Origin: Acidobacteriota bacterium
GTDB taxonomy: Bacteria; Acidobacteriota; UBA890; WLXD01
Reading direction: 5' to 3'
Length of the DNA stretch: 64,000 nucleotides
Assembly: GCA_965248695.1 (NCBI GenBank)
Contig: CBDFKD010000002.1
Coordinates: 1,792,001 to 1,856,000 of the forward strand
Shown here: in pieces, positions 28,652 through 37,447 of the stretch
How the letters are laid out: each line of letters starts with the position of its first letter
Numbering within the stretch: the stretch's first letter is position 1
Notes under the pieces: generated by a model
What the model saw: the letters and a program-made list of their open reading frames with translations, nothing else
Database searches by the model: none
Told to the model about the DNA's origin: nothing
Made by a program: the position numbers and the translations under genes

Positions 28652-31013
28652 GACGAGCCTCCGATAGCTGGTGCGCTTCCTGCGCCAGGCCGGCGGCGAC
28701 GAGAATCCGCTGCGCGTTGTGGTGCCAGGTATGGCGGCGGGCGAGCTGATCGTAGGCAACGCTCGCCAGGCGACGGCGTAGGAACGGCGCCGACAGCATG
28801 CGGTCCACGGTCTGGGTCAAGGCGCTCTCGTCGAGCGGATCGAAGAGCAGAACGCTGACGTCGTCCTCCAGCACGTCTTGAATCCCTGGCAGACGCGGCG
28901 CCACCACCGGGACCCGTCGAGCCATGAGCTCGAACAGAACGATCGGCGAACCGAATATGTTCGAATGCGGCAGGACGGCAACGTCGAGCAACGCCAGATG
29001 ATCGTGGACTTCAGTGCGTGGCACGGCGCCGGTCACGACCACATCGTTTTCCAGACCCAGCTCACGCGCCTTTGCCCGCAGCTGCTCGGCCATCGGTCCG
29101 TCGCCGATCAGCAACGCCGCTAACCCGGGGTAAGCCGGCCTCAGCCGATGCACCGCGTGCAACAGCATGTCGAGCCGATCCCAGTGATCGAACCAGCCGG
29201 CAAACCCGACGACGGTTCGTCCGTGCAGCCCGTACCTGGTAAGCAAGTCCGGACGGCGCGGGCTCGACTGAAGGAGCTGCGGATCAATGGCATTCGGTAC
29301 TACTCGCACTCGCGCCTTGTCCGCGCCCCGCTGTTCGATCAGACGCGCCAGGTAGGAGTTGACGGGCAGGATCGCATCGCATCGGACGAACAAAAAGCGC
29401 TCGAAGCAGCCACAGAGTCGCGGGAATACCTGCAGCCTCGCGCGTTGCTCGATTCCGTTGACCTCGTTGGCCTCGAGAACGAAGCGAATACCGCGACGCC
29501 GCGCCATCCATGCACCCGCAATCAGGTAGAAGGCGTAGCGTTCGTAGATCAGGTCGTACCGCTGCGCGCTCAGGATCTTGCGGAGACGCCACCAGGCCAC
29601 GAGGTTGTATCCGATCTCGGCCAGTTCGAAGAGCGGGGCAGGCAGGTGACGGCTGACCCATTTCCAGAGCGATCCGATTCCGCGCGTCCCTACCGAGGAT
29701 TTGTCGACCGGCGCCATCCCTTCGGTGGCGCGCGCATCGACCGCCGGGGGGCCCGCTATGGTGACGTGGTGTCCCATGGCCTCGAGTGCACGCACGATGC
29801 TGCCAATGTGCACGCTCTCGGCCCCGCGTCCCTGGGTACGGTGGTGGTAGAGGATTCGCAGTCCCGCCGCAGCCGTACGCCTGTCGGCGAACCGCCGGGA
29901 GCCATCGACCGGACCTGAATCATCGTAGATCCGGCCGTAGCACCCGACCATGGCTTCGGCGGAGAAGTGATCCCGGACTCGATCACGACCGCCGGCAACC
30001 AGCTTCGCGGCCAGCGCCGGAGACGTGGACAGTCGCTCGATGGCTGACGCCAGGCCAACCGTGTCGCCGGCTTCGAAGAGCAATGCGCTCTCGCCGTCGA
30101 CAACCGTCTCGGGAACCCCACCGACGCAGGTTGCGATCACCGGCAAGCCCGCCCGCATTGCCTCCAGCAACGCGATCGAGATTCCCTCGTAGCGGGAGCT
30201 CAGGAGGAAGACGTCGGCGTCGGCCAGCAGTTGGGCAACGTCGTTTCTGAAACCCAGAAAGCTCACCATCGACTCCAGGCGCAGCTCAGACGCCCGGCGC
30301 TCGAGGCGCTGCCGCTCGGGGCCGTCACCGACGATGACCAGTCGTGCGCCCGGGAAATCGTCACGCAGCGTCGCCAGCGCCTCCAGCATCAGCTCCTGTT
30401 GCTTGATGGCGTCGAGGCGCCCGACGGTGATGAGCCGCGGACCCGAGACGTTGGTGAACGGGGCCGCCAAGGTGGAGACACCGCGGCTGGAATCGATGCC
30501 GTTGTGAACTGTAGTAACGCGATCGGTGGGCAAGCGCATCACTTCGCGCATATCGGTCGCGATGGATTCGGATACCCCCACGAGCCGGTGGCAACGCCGC
30601 GCCGCAAGCCGCTCGAGCGACCGCCGCAGCCGAGCCTTGGCGCGCTGAACGAGCCCGCTTCCGTGTTTCAGATAGGGACCGTGAGCCGTATGAACGTGGC
30701 GCGCACCCGTCATCCAGGCGGCCAGGGCGCCCTCGAGAAACACTCCCCAGGAGTGCGTGTGGACGACCTCGAATCGGTCGCGGCGCACGAGGCGTGCCAG
30801 CTTGAACGGGACGTTCGCGTCGTTCCCCTCGCCCTTGTCGAACAGAAAGCAGTCGACGCGCGGATCGAGCTCGCCGACGAGCTCGCCGCGCCGCTTCACG
30901 CAACAAATCGCCGACCGGGAAGCGGGCGCCAGGCTGTTCGCGAGGCCCACGACTACGCGCTCGGCGCCGCCGTGCTCGAGCGTCTCCACGACCTGTAGCA
31001 CTGCCGGCTTCAT
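28641..31013 (-). CDS. Tandem double GT4 glycosyltransferase fusion
   Basis: Domain 1: LEHGGAERVV...SSRYEGISIALLEAM; domain 2: RILYHHRTQGRGAESVHI...SPIVLFELMARRVPVV. Confidence 0.88.
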   Translation of the reverse strand: MKPAVLQVVETLEHGGAERVVVGLANSLAPASRSAICCVKRRGELVGELDPRVDCFLFDKGEGNDANVPFKLARLVRRDRFEVVHTHSWGVFLEGALAAWMTGARHVHTAHGPYLKHGSGLVQRAKARLRRSLERLAARRCHRLVGVSESIATDMREVMRLPTDRVTTVHNGIDSSRGVSTLAAPFTNVSGPRLITVGRLDAIKQQELMLEALATLRDDFPGARLVIVGDGPERQRLERRASELRLESMVSFLGFRNDVAQLLADADVFLLSSRYEGISIALLEAMRAGLPVIATCVGGVPETVVDGESALLFEAGDTVGLASAIERLSTSPALAAKLVAGGRDRVRDHFSAEAMVGCYGRIYDDSGPVDGSRRFADRRTAAAGLRILYHHRTQGRGAESVHIGSIVRALEAMGHHVTIAGPPAVDARATEGMAPVDKSSVGTRGIGSLWKWVSRHLPAPLFELAEIGYNLVAWWRLRKILSAQRYDLIYERYAFYLIAGAWMARRRGIRFVLEANEVNGIEQRARLQVFPRLCGCFERFLFVRCDAILPVNSYLARLIEQRGADKARVRVVPNAIDPQLLQSSPRRPDLLTRYGLHGRTVVGFAGWFDHWDRLDMLLHAVHRLRPAYPGLAALLIGDGPMAEQLRAKARELGLENDVVVTGAVPRTEVHDHLALLDVAVLPHSNIFGSPIVLFELMARRVPVVAPRLPGIQDVLEDDVSVLLFDPLDESALTQTVDRMLSAPFLRRRLASVAYDQLARRHTWHHNAQRILVAAGLAQEAHQLSEARRAS

Positions 31014-32077
31014 GCCGCCTCCTTGGCGCCCAAGGGCGCTGTCGCGAGCTCACGCACCTTGGAGTACATCTCCCAGGCGGTCACATAGTGCAGCCGACAG
31101 TCCTCGACATCCCGAAACTGACTCTCGAGCTCCGTCCACAGCGTCTCGAAACCGCCGTTGAACAGCATGTGCTGGCACGTTGGCTGCGCGCCGTGCGTGT
31201 GGAGCTTGATAAAGACGTGCGACTCGGCGCCCGCCACGCTGACGCCGACATCGCCCCACAGGCGAACCCGCTCCGGCGTCGGCGGACAGTCCGGCGCCAC
31301 CTCGCCGTTCTCGATACGCGGCAGCAAACCGAACTTTCGCCGCTTCCAGTTGAGCGTCAGCGGCCCCTGAATGAGGACGATCTCGTCGGCGCGACGCCAA
31401 TCTCCGATAGCCACGTCGCGACCCTTGTCATGCGATTTGCGATGACCGGGACGCCCCTTGGCGCAATAGATCGAGTTCACTTTTCGGGTCTGTGTGGCAC
31501 TCGGTGCCGAGGGCATGGTCATGTCCACGCGGCAGCCGGTCTCAACGAGCACCGCGAGCTCGTTATCGACTCCGCACCAGCGTCCGTCGGGCCGCGAGTT
31601 GTCGAGCGCCCAGTTGCCGTGAACGAATCCGTAGACGATCTCGCCGGACACCGGGTCGCGCCGCAAAAGACCGTGGCGCTGGCTCAGAGTTTGCGTGAAC
31701 GCCAGCAGCTTGGCGCGCAGCGATGCCGGGGTGTCGTGATCGTGATGCAGATGCACCTCGACGTCACCCAGACGACGATCAGCGAAGTCCGCCAGCACGT
31801 CGAGGACCTCGCTGTCGTACTCCTCTTCTGGGTAGAAGAACGTATGCTGTGGCGACCGGCCCTCGCTGTCGTGGTGCCTGGCTGCGAGCTCCGGATATGT
31901 AGTCTGCCAGGCGTGTACTCGGTCGCGCGCTTGATCGCGCGACGCGCCCTGCCAGTAGGGCTCGTAATGGTCCGCAACGCAGACGTAGATGTCTCGCACT
32001 CCGGCGGCCGAGCGCGCCCGGGTAAGCTCACGCTGGGCCCACGCCGGGAACCAGAGGTTGGCGTTGCGCGGCATCAT
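31010..32077 (-). CDS. Hypothetical protein, possible metal-dependent carbohydrate esterase
   Basis: His/Asp/Glu-rich motifs ADHYEP, HTFFYPEEEY, EVHLHH, FVHGNWALDNS, KLHTHGA, HYVTAWEMY; translationally coupled on both sides. Confidence 0.7.
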   Translation of the reverse strand: MMPRNANLWFPAWAQRELTRARSAAGVRDIYVCVADHYEPYWQGASRDQARDRVHAWQTTYPELAARHHDSEGRSPQHTFFYPEEEYDSEVLDVLADFADRRLGDVEVHLHHDHDTPASLRAKLLAFTQTLSQRHGLLRRDPVSGEIVYGFVHGNWALDNSRPDGRWCGVDNELAVLVETGCRVDMTMPSAPSATQTRKVNSIYCAKGRPGHRKSHDKGRDVAIGDWRRADEIVLIQGPLTLNWKRRKFGLLPRIENGEVAPDCPPTPERVRLWGDVGVSVAGAESHVFIKLHTHGAQPTCQHMLFNGGFETLWTELESQFRDVEDCRLHYVTAWEMYSKVRELATAPLGAKEAA

Positions 32078-33240
32078 CGCGAGGCCTTCTGCCAGACGGC
32101 GGTCACGCCATCGCCGGTGAGGAAGCGACGAAGTCCTACCAGCGCGGCGATGTTCATCAAGCTGAAGTACATAGGTACGTATTGCCAGGTCGGCAGCCGG
32201 CCCCGTCGACGGGACGTCCAGCCCAGCAGCGCAACACCGTAGAAGGCCACTTGGGCTGCCAGCAGCATCGCAGCAAGCGGCCGGTCAGCTAGCAGCAGCG
32301 TGCAACCGAGCACCAGCAACAGCGCCAGCGGCACCAGCCAACGCAGCAGCTTGTGGGCGAGAAACGCAAGCGCGAAGGCGCTCGTCGGCGGCAGCAGCGT
32401 CCGCCAGTGTCGCCGCACAGTTTGAAAGCCACCGGCAATCATCCGAACCTTGACGCGGTAGTCGTCTTCCAGCACCGACGAAGCGAGCTCAGTCGATACG
32501 GCGGCAGGCTCATACACGATCCGATACCCCTGACCGACCAGGCCGAAGGTGATCTCGGCGTCGTCGTTGATCACCTCGGCCGCAATCGGGTCGAAGAGCG
32601 CTCGACGGACCGCGAAGATCTCGCCGTCAGCGGTCGTCATCACGCCGAGCGCTCTCTCGGCAGTCTTGATCGCTGTCTCGTAGCGCCAGTAGAGGCCGTC
32701 ACCCTGCGACGACTCACGCTCGTCAGCCGGACGGATACATTTGCGACCGCAGGCTCCCCCGACCACAGGGTCGGCGAAGTGACGCACGAGCGTGCGAACG
32801 ACGGCGGGGTCGAAATCGTTGTTGGCGTCGGACAACAGCACGATATCGCCGCTGGCCGCGCCTACGCCGCGGTTCAGCGCCGCCGACTTCCCGCGTCGAG
32901 GCGGCGAATGCATCGCCAGCACGCCGCGCGAAGCGTACGCCGATGCTATGGCGTGGGTCCGGTCATCCGATCCGTCAGAGACCACAATCACCTGCAGACG
33001 CTCACGCGGATAGTCGAGGGCCAGCGAGTTGGAGATCTTGCGATCGATGACCGCCTCCTCGTTGTAGGCGGCGATCACTAGCGACACGCTCGGCAGCTCG
33101 TCGACCGATTCCTTGCGCGGCACAGCATGCCGGCGATACAACCGCGCCAACGCGATCACCAGCATCGGATAGACGGCGAAATGGAAGACCACCAGTCCGA
33201 GGGCGACCGTCAGCAGCGACCAGACGACAGCGGTTGGCAT
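32074..33240 (-). CDS. Glycosyltransferase family 2
   Basis: PSVSLVIAAYNEE, SDGSDD, GKSAALN, SDAN, NDD; N- and C-terminal TM helices. Confidence 0.92.
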   Translation of the reverse strand: MPTAVVWSLLTVALGLVVFHFAVYPMLVIALARLYRRHAVPRKESVDELPSVSLVIAAYNEEAVIDRKISNSLALDYPRERLQVIVVSDGSDDRTHAIASAYASRGVLAMHSPPRRGKSAALNRGVGAASGDIVLLSDANNDFDPAVVRTLVRHFADPVVGGACGRKCIRPADERESSQGDGLYWRYETAIKTAERALGVMTTADGEIFAVRRALFDPIAAEVINDDAEITFGLVGQGYRIVYEPAAVSTELASSVLEDDYRVKVRMIAGGFQTVRRHWRTLLPPTSAFALAFLAHKLLRWLVPLALLLVLGCTLLLADRPLAAMLLAAQVAFYGVALLGWTSRRRGRLPTWQYVPMYFSLMNIAALVGLRRFLTGDGVTAVWQKASR

Positions 33241-33243
33241 CAC

Positions 33244-34284
33244 TCAGGCCCTCGAAAAGAGCTGTGGCAGCGCCAGCATCGACGCAAAGCTCGTGATCGA
33301 TGTGTAGCGCTCGACGTGGAGACGCCGCAGATCGAAGTGCCGGACGCGCCGCAGGTCGTTGCGCCCCGGAAGATAGGAGGCCGCAAGCTGGAATCCGGCC
33401 GCCTGTGCGGCGCTGAGAGCACGAGCGTCGTAGTCGTCGGAGTAGCCGAATGGATACGACATCACCTGGACCGGACCGCCGGTCTCTTGCTCGAGCCGTT
33501 CCTTGGAGTCGACGAGCTCGCGTCGCAACGCATCATCGTCGCATTGCGACAGCACCGGATGGCTAACCGTGTGGGCACCGAACTCGATGCCGGCAGCCAG
33601 CATCTCGCGCAGCTGGTCCCAGCTCATTGGTTGACTCGAGGAACGATCGCCCGGCGCAATATCGAATTCGATCACGGTGGCCAGCTGCTCGAGTCTTCGC
33701 CGTCGTTGGACGTCAGGAATCCGGCAAAGATGGCGCACGACGATCCGCGTCGCCCGGCGCCGAGAAGCGACATCGCCGAGCTGCAGCCGAGGTCCGAGAC
33801 CTGGTACGGCAATATCGCCAGTCGGAGCACGCATGAGCGCGTGCGCGACGCGGTCGTACCAGAACGTTACTGTGCCGCCGATGTAGCCCGTGGAAACGAA
33901 GATCGTCGCGGGTATCCCCAACTCGCGCAGGATCGGAAAGGCGTTCGTGTAGTTGTCTTCGAACCCGTCGTCGAAGGTCACGACCAGCGGCCGTGGCGGC
34001 ATCGGCGCGCGCCCGTCCAGGGCGGCCAGCAGATCAGCGAAGGTGATCGGGTCGTAGTGAGCGTGGACGAATTCCATTTGAGCCCGGAATTGCGTCCGCG
34101 AGGCACTCACCAGCTCGGGATCGAACGCGAACTCGTCCTCGATGCCCATATCGACGACGCGATGGTAGGCGAGAATCGGCAGATCGTGCTGCCAGCGAGC
34201 ACGCATCGCCCCGAGTGGCCGCAGAACGGCAAGTCGATCCATGATCTCCGCAAGGCGCTCGCGCCTACCCGTCGGCGGCTTCAT
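33244..34284 (-). CDS. Polysaccharide deacetylase (CE4)
   Basis: ILAYHRV, VTFDDGFEDNY, GAHTVSHP, SYPFG. Confidence 0.9.
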   Translation of the reverse strand: MKPPTGRRERLAEIMDRLAVLRPLGAMRARWQHDLPILAYHRVVDMGIEDEFAFDPELVSASRTQFRAQMEFVHAHYDPITFADLLAALDGRAPMPPRPLVVTFDDGFEDNYTNAFPILRELGIPATIFVSTGYIGGTVTFWYDRVAHALMRAPTGDIAVPGLGPRLQLGDVASRRRATRIVVRHLCRIPDVQRRRRLEQLATVIEFDIAPGDRSSSQPMSWDQLREMLAAGIEFGAHTVSHPVLSQCDDDALRRELVDSKERLEQETGGPVQVMSYPFGYSDDYDARALSAAQAAGFQLAASYLPGRNDLRRVRHFDLRRLHVERYTSITSFASMLALPQLFSRA

Positions 34285-35810
34285 GCGCTGCTCTTGTGGG
34301 CCGGAGTGAGCGCGCCCGGCCGTCGCCAGCCGGCAAGGCGACCGGCGAGCCAGTCGACGACCACCTGCCGTTCGTCGTCCCCGAACGCTGCCGAGCAGAA
34401 GGTCGCAACCGCGAACGCGGCGAGCAACACCGCCTTGGCGGGAACGCCGACGAGCGGCTCAAGCAAGAGCAACGGAGCGCCCAGGAAGAAGAAGGCCAGC
34501 GCGATGAGCACGATCCGAGCCGCCTTGTCCAACTGGTAGTCGACCGCGAAGTAGCGCTGTGCCAGCCAAGCGGTCAGCAGCATGGTGACCGTGGACGTGA
34601 TCGCCATCGCCACCACCGCGCCCATGATCCCCCAGGCGAATATCAGGGCCAGGCTGCTGCCCACGTACAAGACCGCGTCACTCAGGTTTATCCAGAAGAT
34701 CTGGCGGGTTTGCTTCTGCACCAGGATTCCGGTCTGCAGCGGATACGTCATCACGCGCGCGATCGACGCCACGAGCAGCAGCGGCAGAAGCGAGGCGGCG
34801 CCGTGAAAAGCCACGTCGGACATCGCCGAGAGCACGTCGCCAGCGAACAGATAGATGGCAAGTGCCGCGAGGAGCGAAACCGCCAGCAGGATCCTCACCA
34901 CGCGGGCCTGGATCTCGGCGGCGTTGTCTTGGTGCATCACCGAGAAGCGAAACGACCCGTACGCCCGGCTGAATGGCTCTCCAATGAGCTCCTGCAGCAG
35001 ACGGCTGAACTTGGTGGCCAAGGCGAACAGACCGAGCGCTTCGAAGCTCAGCAGCGACCGGATGAAGATGCGATCGACGTTCGCTGCCACTATGCCCACC
35101 AGCATGCTTAGCAGGAACGGCAGGCTATAGTGCAACACTGGCAAGGCTTTTCGGCGATCGAACCGCAAGCCGCACTGGCGCACACAGAAGCCGGCAGCAA
35201 GCAGCCAGCCGCAGGCAACCGACAGTAGGTTCCCAGTCAGGACACCGTTGATCCCGGCCCCGGCAAAGACCACCAGGTAAACATTGACCCCCACCTGCAC
35301 GATCAAGCGGACGAAAACCACCACCAGGAAGTAGACCGACCTCTCCGTCGCCCGCAGGTATGCCTGGCCGATCTGAGTGGACAGCTCGAGGACCACCGTC
35401 GCCAGGATGATCGAGATTCCGAATGCGAAGTCGGGCGATCCGAAGAACAGCCTCGAGACGTCGTCGCGGAACCAGCCAATGACAAGCGCGCCGACGAGCG
35501 CCAGCGTCGTCGCTGCCACGAGGTTCGTGCTGACCACGGCACGGCGATCGACATCGTCCTCGTACTCGAAATAGAAGCGCAGCGTCGCGTGCGCGAGGCC
35601 GCCGCACAGCAACGTGGAAGCCACTGCCAGAACAGCGTAGAAGAGCTCCAGTCGACCGTACTGCCCCAGCGTCAGGTAGCTCGTGTAGATCGGGAGGAGC
35701 AGGAAGGCTCCGACCCGGTTCAACACACTGCCGAGAGCGTATATCGACGAATGCTTGGCCAGACGCCCGTAGTCGGACGGCCCCCTGCTGCTGTCGCTCG
35801 TCGACACCAA
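34281..35810 (-). CDS. Wzx-like oligosaccharide flippase
   Basis: LAKHSSIYALGS..FLLLPIYTSYL..YG, DRIFI..ALGLF; many TM segments; start TTG 35810 chosen to avoid a 62-nt overlap. Confidence 0.85.
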   Translation of the reverse strand: MVSTSDSSRGPSDYGRLAKHSSIYALGSVLNRVGAFLLLPIYTSYLTLGQYGRLELFYAVLAVASTLLCGGLAHATLRFYFEYEDDVDRRAVVSTNLVAATTLALVGALVIGWFRDDVSRLFFGSPDFAFGISIILATVVLELSTQIGQAYLRATERSVYFLVVVFVRLIVQVGVNVYLVVFAGAGINGVLTGNLLSVACGWLLAAGFCVRQCGLRFDRRKALPVLHYSLPFLLSMLVGIVAANVDRIFIRSLLSFEALGLFALATKFSRLLQELIGEPFSRAYGSFRFSVMHQDNAAEIQARVVRILLAVSLLAALAIYLFAGDVLSAMSDVAFHGAASLLPLLLVASIARVMTYPLQTGILVQKQTRQIFWINLSDAVLYVGSSLALIFAWGIMGAVVAMAITSTVTMLLTAWLAQRYFAVDYQLDKAARIVLIALAFFFLGAPLLLLEPLVGVPAKAVLLAAFAVATFCSAAFGDDERQVVVDWLAGRLAGWRRPGALTPAHKSSA

Positions 35811-35811
35811 C

Positions 35812-37146
35812 CTATCGTCGGGCGGCGCGTTGGTATTGAGAGTACGCACTGTCCACGCCCGCAGTCGCGGCATTGACCACCGCGCCGATCAGATTGTTGC
35901 CGGGAAGACACTCGATCGCCTTGTTCAGCGACGGCAGACGAGTCTCGCCAGCACGGACCACCATCAAGACGCCGTCAGCGGCGGCGGCAAACGACCGCGA
36001 GTCGACCAGACCACTGAGCGGGGGGCTATCGAAGATCACGATGTCGAACGCCGACCGCATACTGTCGAGGGCCTGCCGCACACGATCCGGGTTCACCAGA
36101 TGACGTGGATTGCCCGGGCGGCCGGCCGACATGACATGCAGGCCTACCTCGGAGACGAAGGCACTGCTTTCTTCGAGCCGGGCACGACCCGACAGCACAT
36201 CCGCCAACCCTGGGCTACGTGGAATCTCGAACAGCGTATGGAACTGCGGACGCCGCAAGTCGCCGTCGACAACCAGCACCCTGTCACCGGTACTCGCTGC
36301 CCACAGAAGGGCCAGGTTAGCCGAGACGAAAGTCTTGCCCGCCGACACCTCTGACCCAGTCACCACCACGGATCTCGAGCCCTCGACGCGCTCGCGTAGC
36401 CAGTCGTCGACGCGCTGACGCAGAACCCGGAACCACTCGGCATGGACACTGTGCGGATCGCTCAGCACCGGCAGGAGCTTCGGCGTATCGAGCGTCAGCG
36501 CGCTCATCGCCTCGCGAAACGGGTCACGGTCGCGCGGTCGCGGCGTTGGATTCACTCTTCCGCCGGCGACACAGGATGGGTGCGCGCCGGTGGCTGACAG
36601 CGACTCCGACGCGGGCTGATCACTCGAGTCCAGAAGGCTCGCCAGTGACGGCACCGCCTCGTCGTCCGGCGCCGCGTGCACTGGCGACGCATCCACACCA
36701 CGGTGACCCGTATCGGTCCAGAAAGCATCCGCAGCGACCGACTCGACGGCGGTGGGCTCCACAGCGACCGGCTCAACAGCAACCGGCTCAACAACGACCG
36801 GATCAAACGCAACGGGATCGGCCGGGGCCGGTTCGACTGGTGCGGAATCGACTGGAATGTGTTCTACCGTGCCCGGCTCGGCTGCCTTTGCGCCTGCCGC
36901 CGAAGGCTCGGCGCGTAGCGACTTGGAGCGCCGGACGCGCAGGCGCAAACGTGACGCCTCGACGTGCGCCGACGTGTCGAGGAAACCCTCCCGGCCGATG
37001 AGCACGATCTGCAGCATGGGCTCCATGCCGGCAGCCTCGTCAAGCATCTCGAAGACCTCGGCTGGGACGCGGTCGGCCTCGTCCACTGCAAGCACGGTCC
37101 AAATGCCCCCTTGGGCGCGCTCGCGTAGGCAGTCGCCCAAGCTCAT
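35812..37146 (-). CDS. CpsD/CapB-type tyrosine kinase with N-terminal ExeA-like AAA remnant (distal part of a probable frameshifted gene)
   Basis: AEWFRVLR, Walker A GSEVSAGKT, VLVVDGDLRRP, VIFDSPP, C-terminal AYSQY; N-terminal TVLAVDEAD...LQIVLIG. Confidence 0.82.
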   Translation of the reverse strand: MSLGDCLRERAQGGIWTVLAVDEADRVPAEVFEMLDEAAGMEPMLQIVLIGREGFLDTSAHVEASRLRLRVRRSKSLRAEPSAAGAKAAEPGTVEHIPVDSAPVEPAPADPVAFDPVVVEPVAVEPVAVEPTAVESVAADAFWTDTGHRGVDASPVHAAPDDEAVPSLASLLDSSDQPASESLSATGAHPSCVAGGRVNPTPRPRDRDPFREAMSALTLDTPKLLPVLSDPHSVHAEWFRVLRQRVDDWLRERVEGSRSVVVTGSEVSAGKTFVSANLALLWAASTGDRVLVVDGDLRRPQFHTLFEIPRSPGLADVLSGRARLEESSAFVSEVGLHVMSAGRPGNPRHLVNPDRVRQALDSMRSAFDIVIFDSPPLSGLVDSRSFAAAADGVLMVVRAGETRLPSLNKAIECLPGNNLIGAVVNAATAGVDSAYSQYQRAARR

Positions 37147-37436
37147 GCGGCCCTCGCGCGTACCAGCGGCCGCCGTCTCGAGCAGCGTCGTCCAGACAGC
37201 GAGGCGCGTTGTGGCGCACGCACACGAGTCCAGCGGAACCCGGCGGGCAGCCGTCGTCCAATGGCGTCTAGCAACGGTGCCGAGCCTAGGCCGTCCTCCA
37301 CCTCCACCAGGAACATGCCCTCGCGGTCCGTCAACGAGGCCACCACTTCATCGGCAACGTTGCGCACGTTGTCGGGCTCCGCAGCGGCACCGGTGGGTAC
37401 CTGATACGGCAGCGAGCTCGTAGATCGAGCGTCCAA
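37143..37436 (-). pseudogene. 5' fragment of the ExeA-like/kinase gene, probably separated by a 1-nt frameshift near 37213
   Basis: SD GGAGGA then TTG; LTDREGMFLVEVEDGLGSAPLLDAIGRRLP resembles the ExeA Walker A region; the downstream frame is open upstream of its ATG (TTRLAVWTTLLETAAA). Confidence 0.55.
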
Positions 37437-37447
37437 AGCCAATCCTC

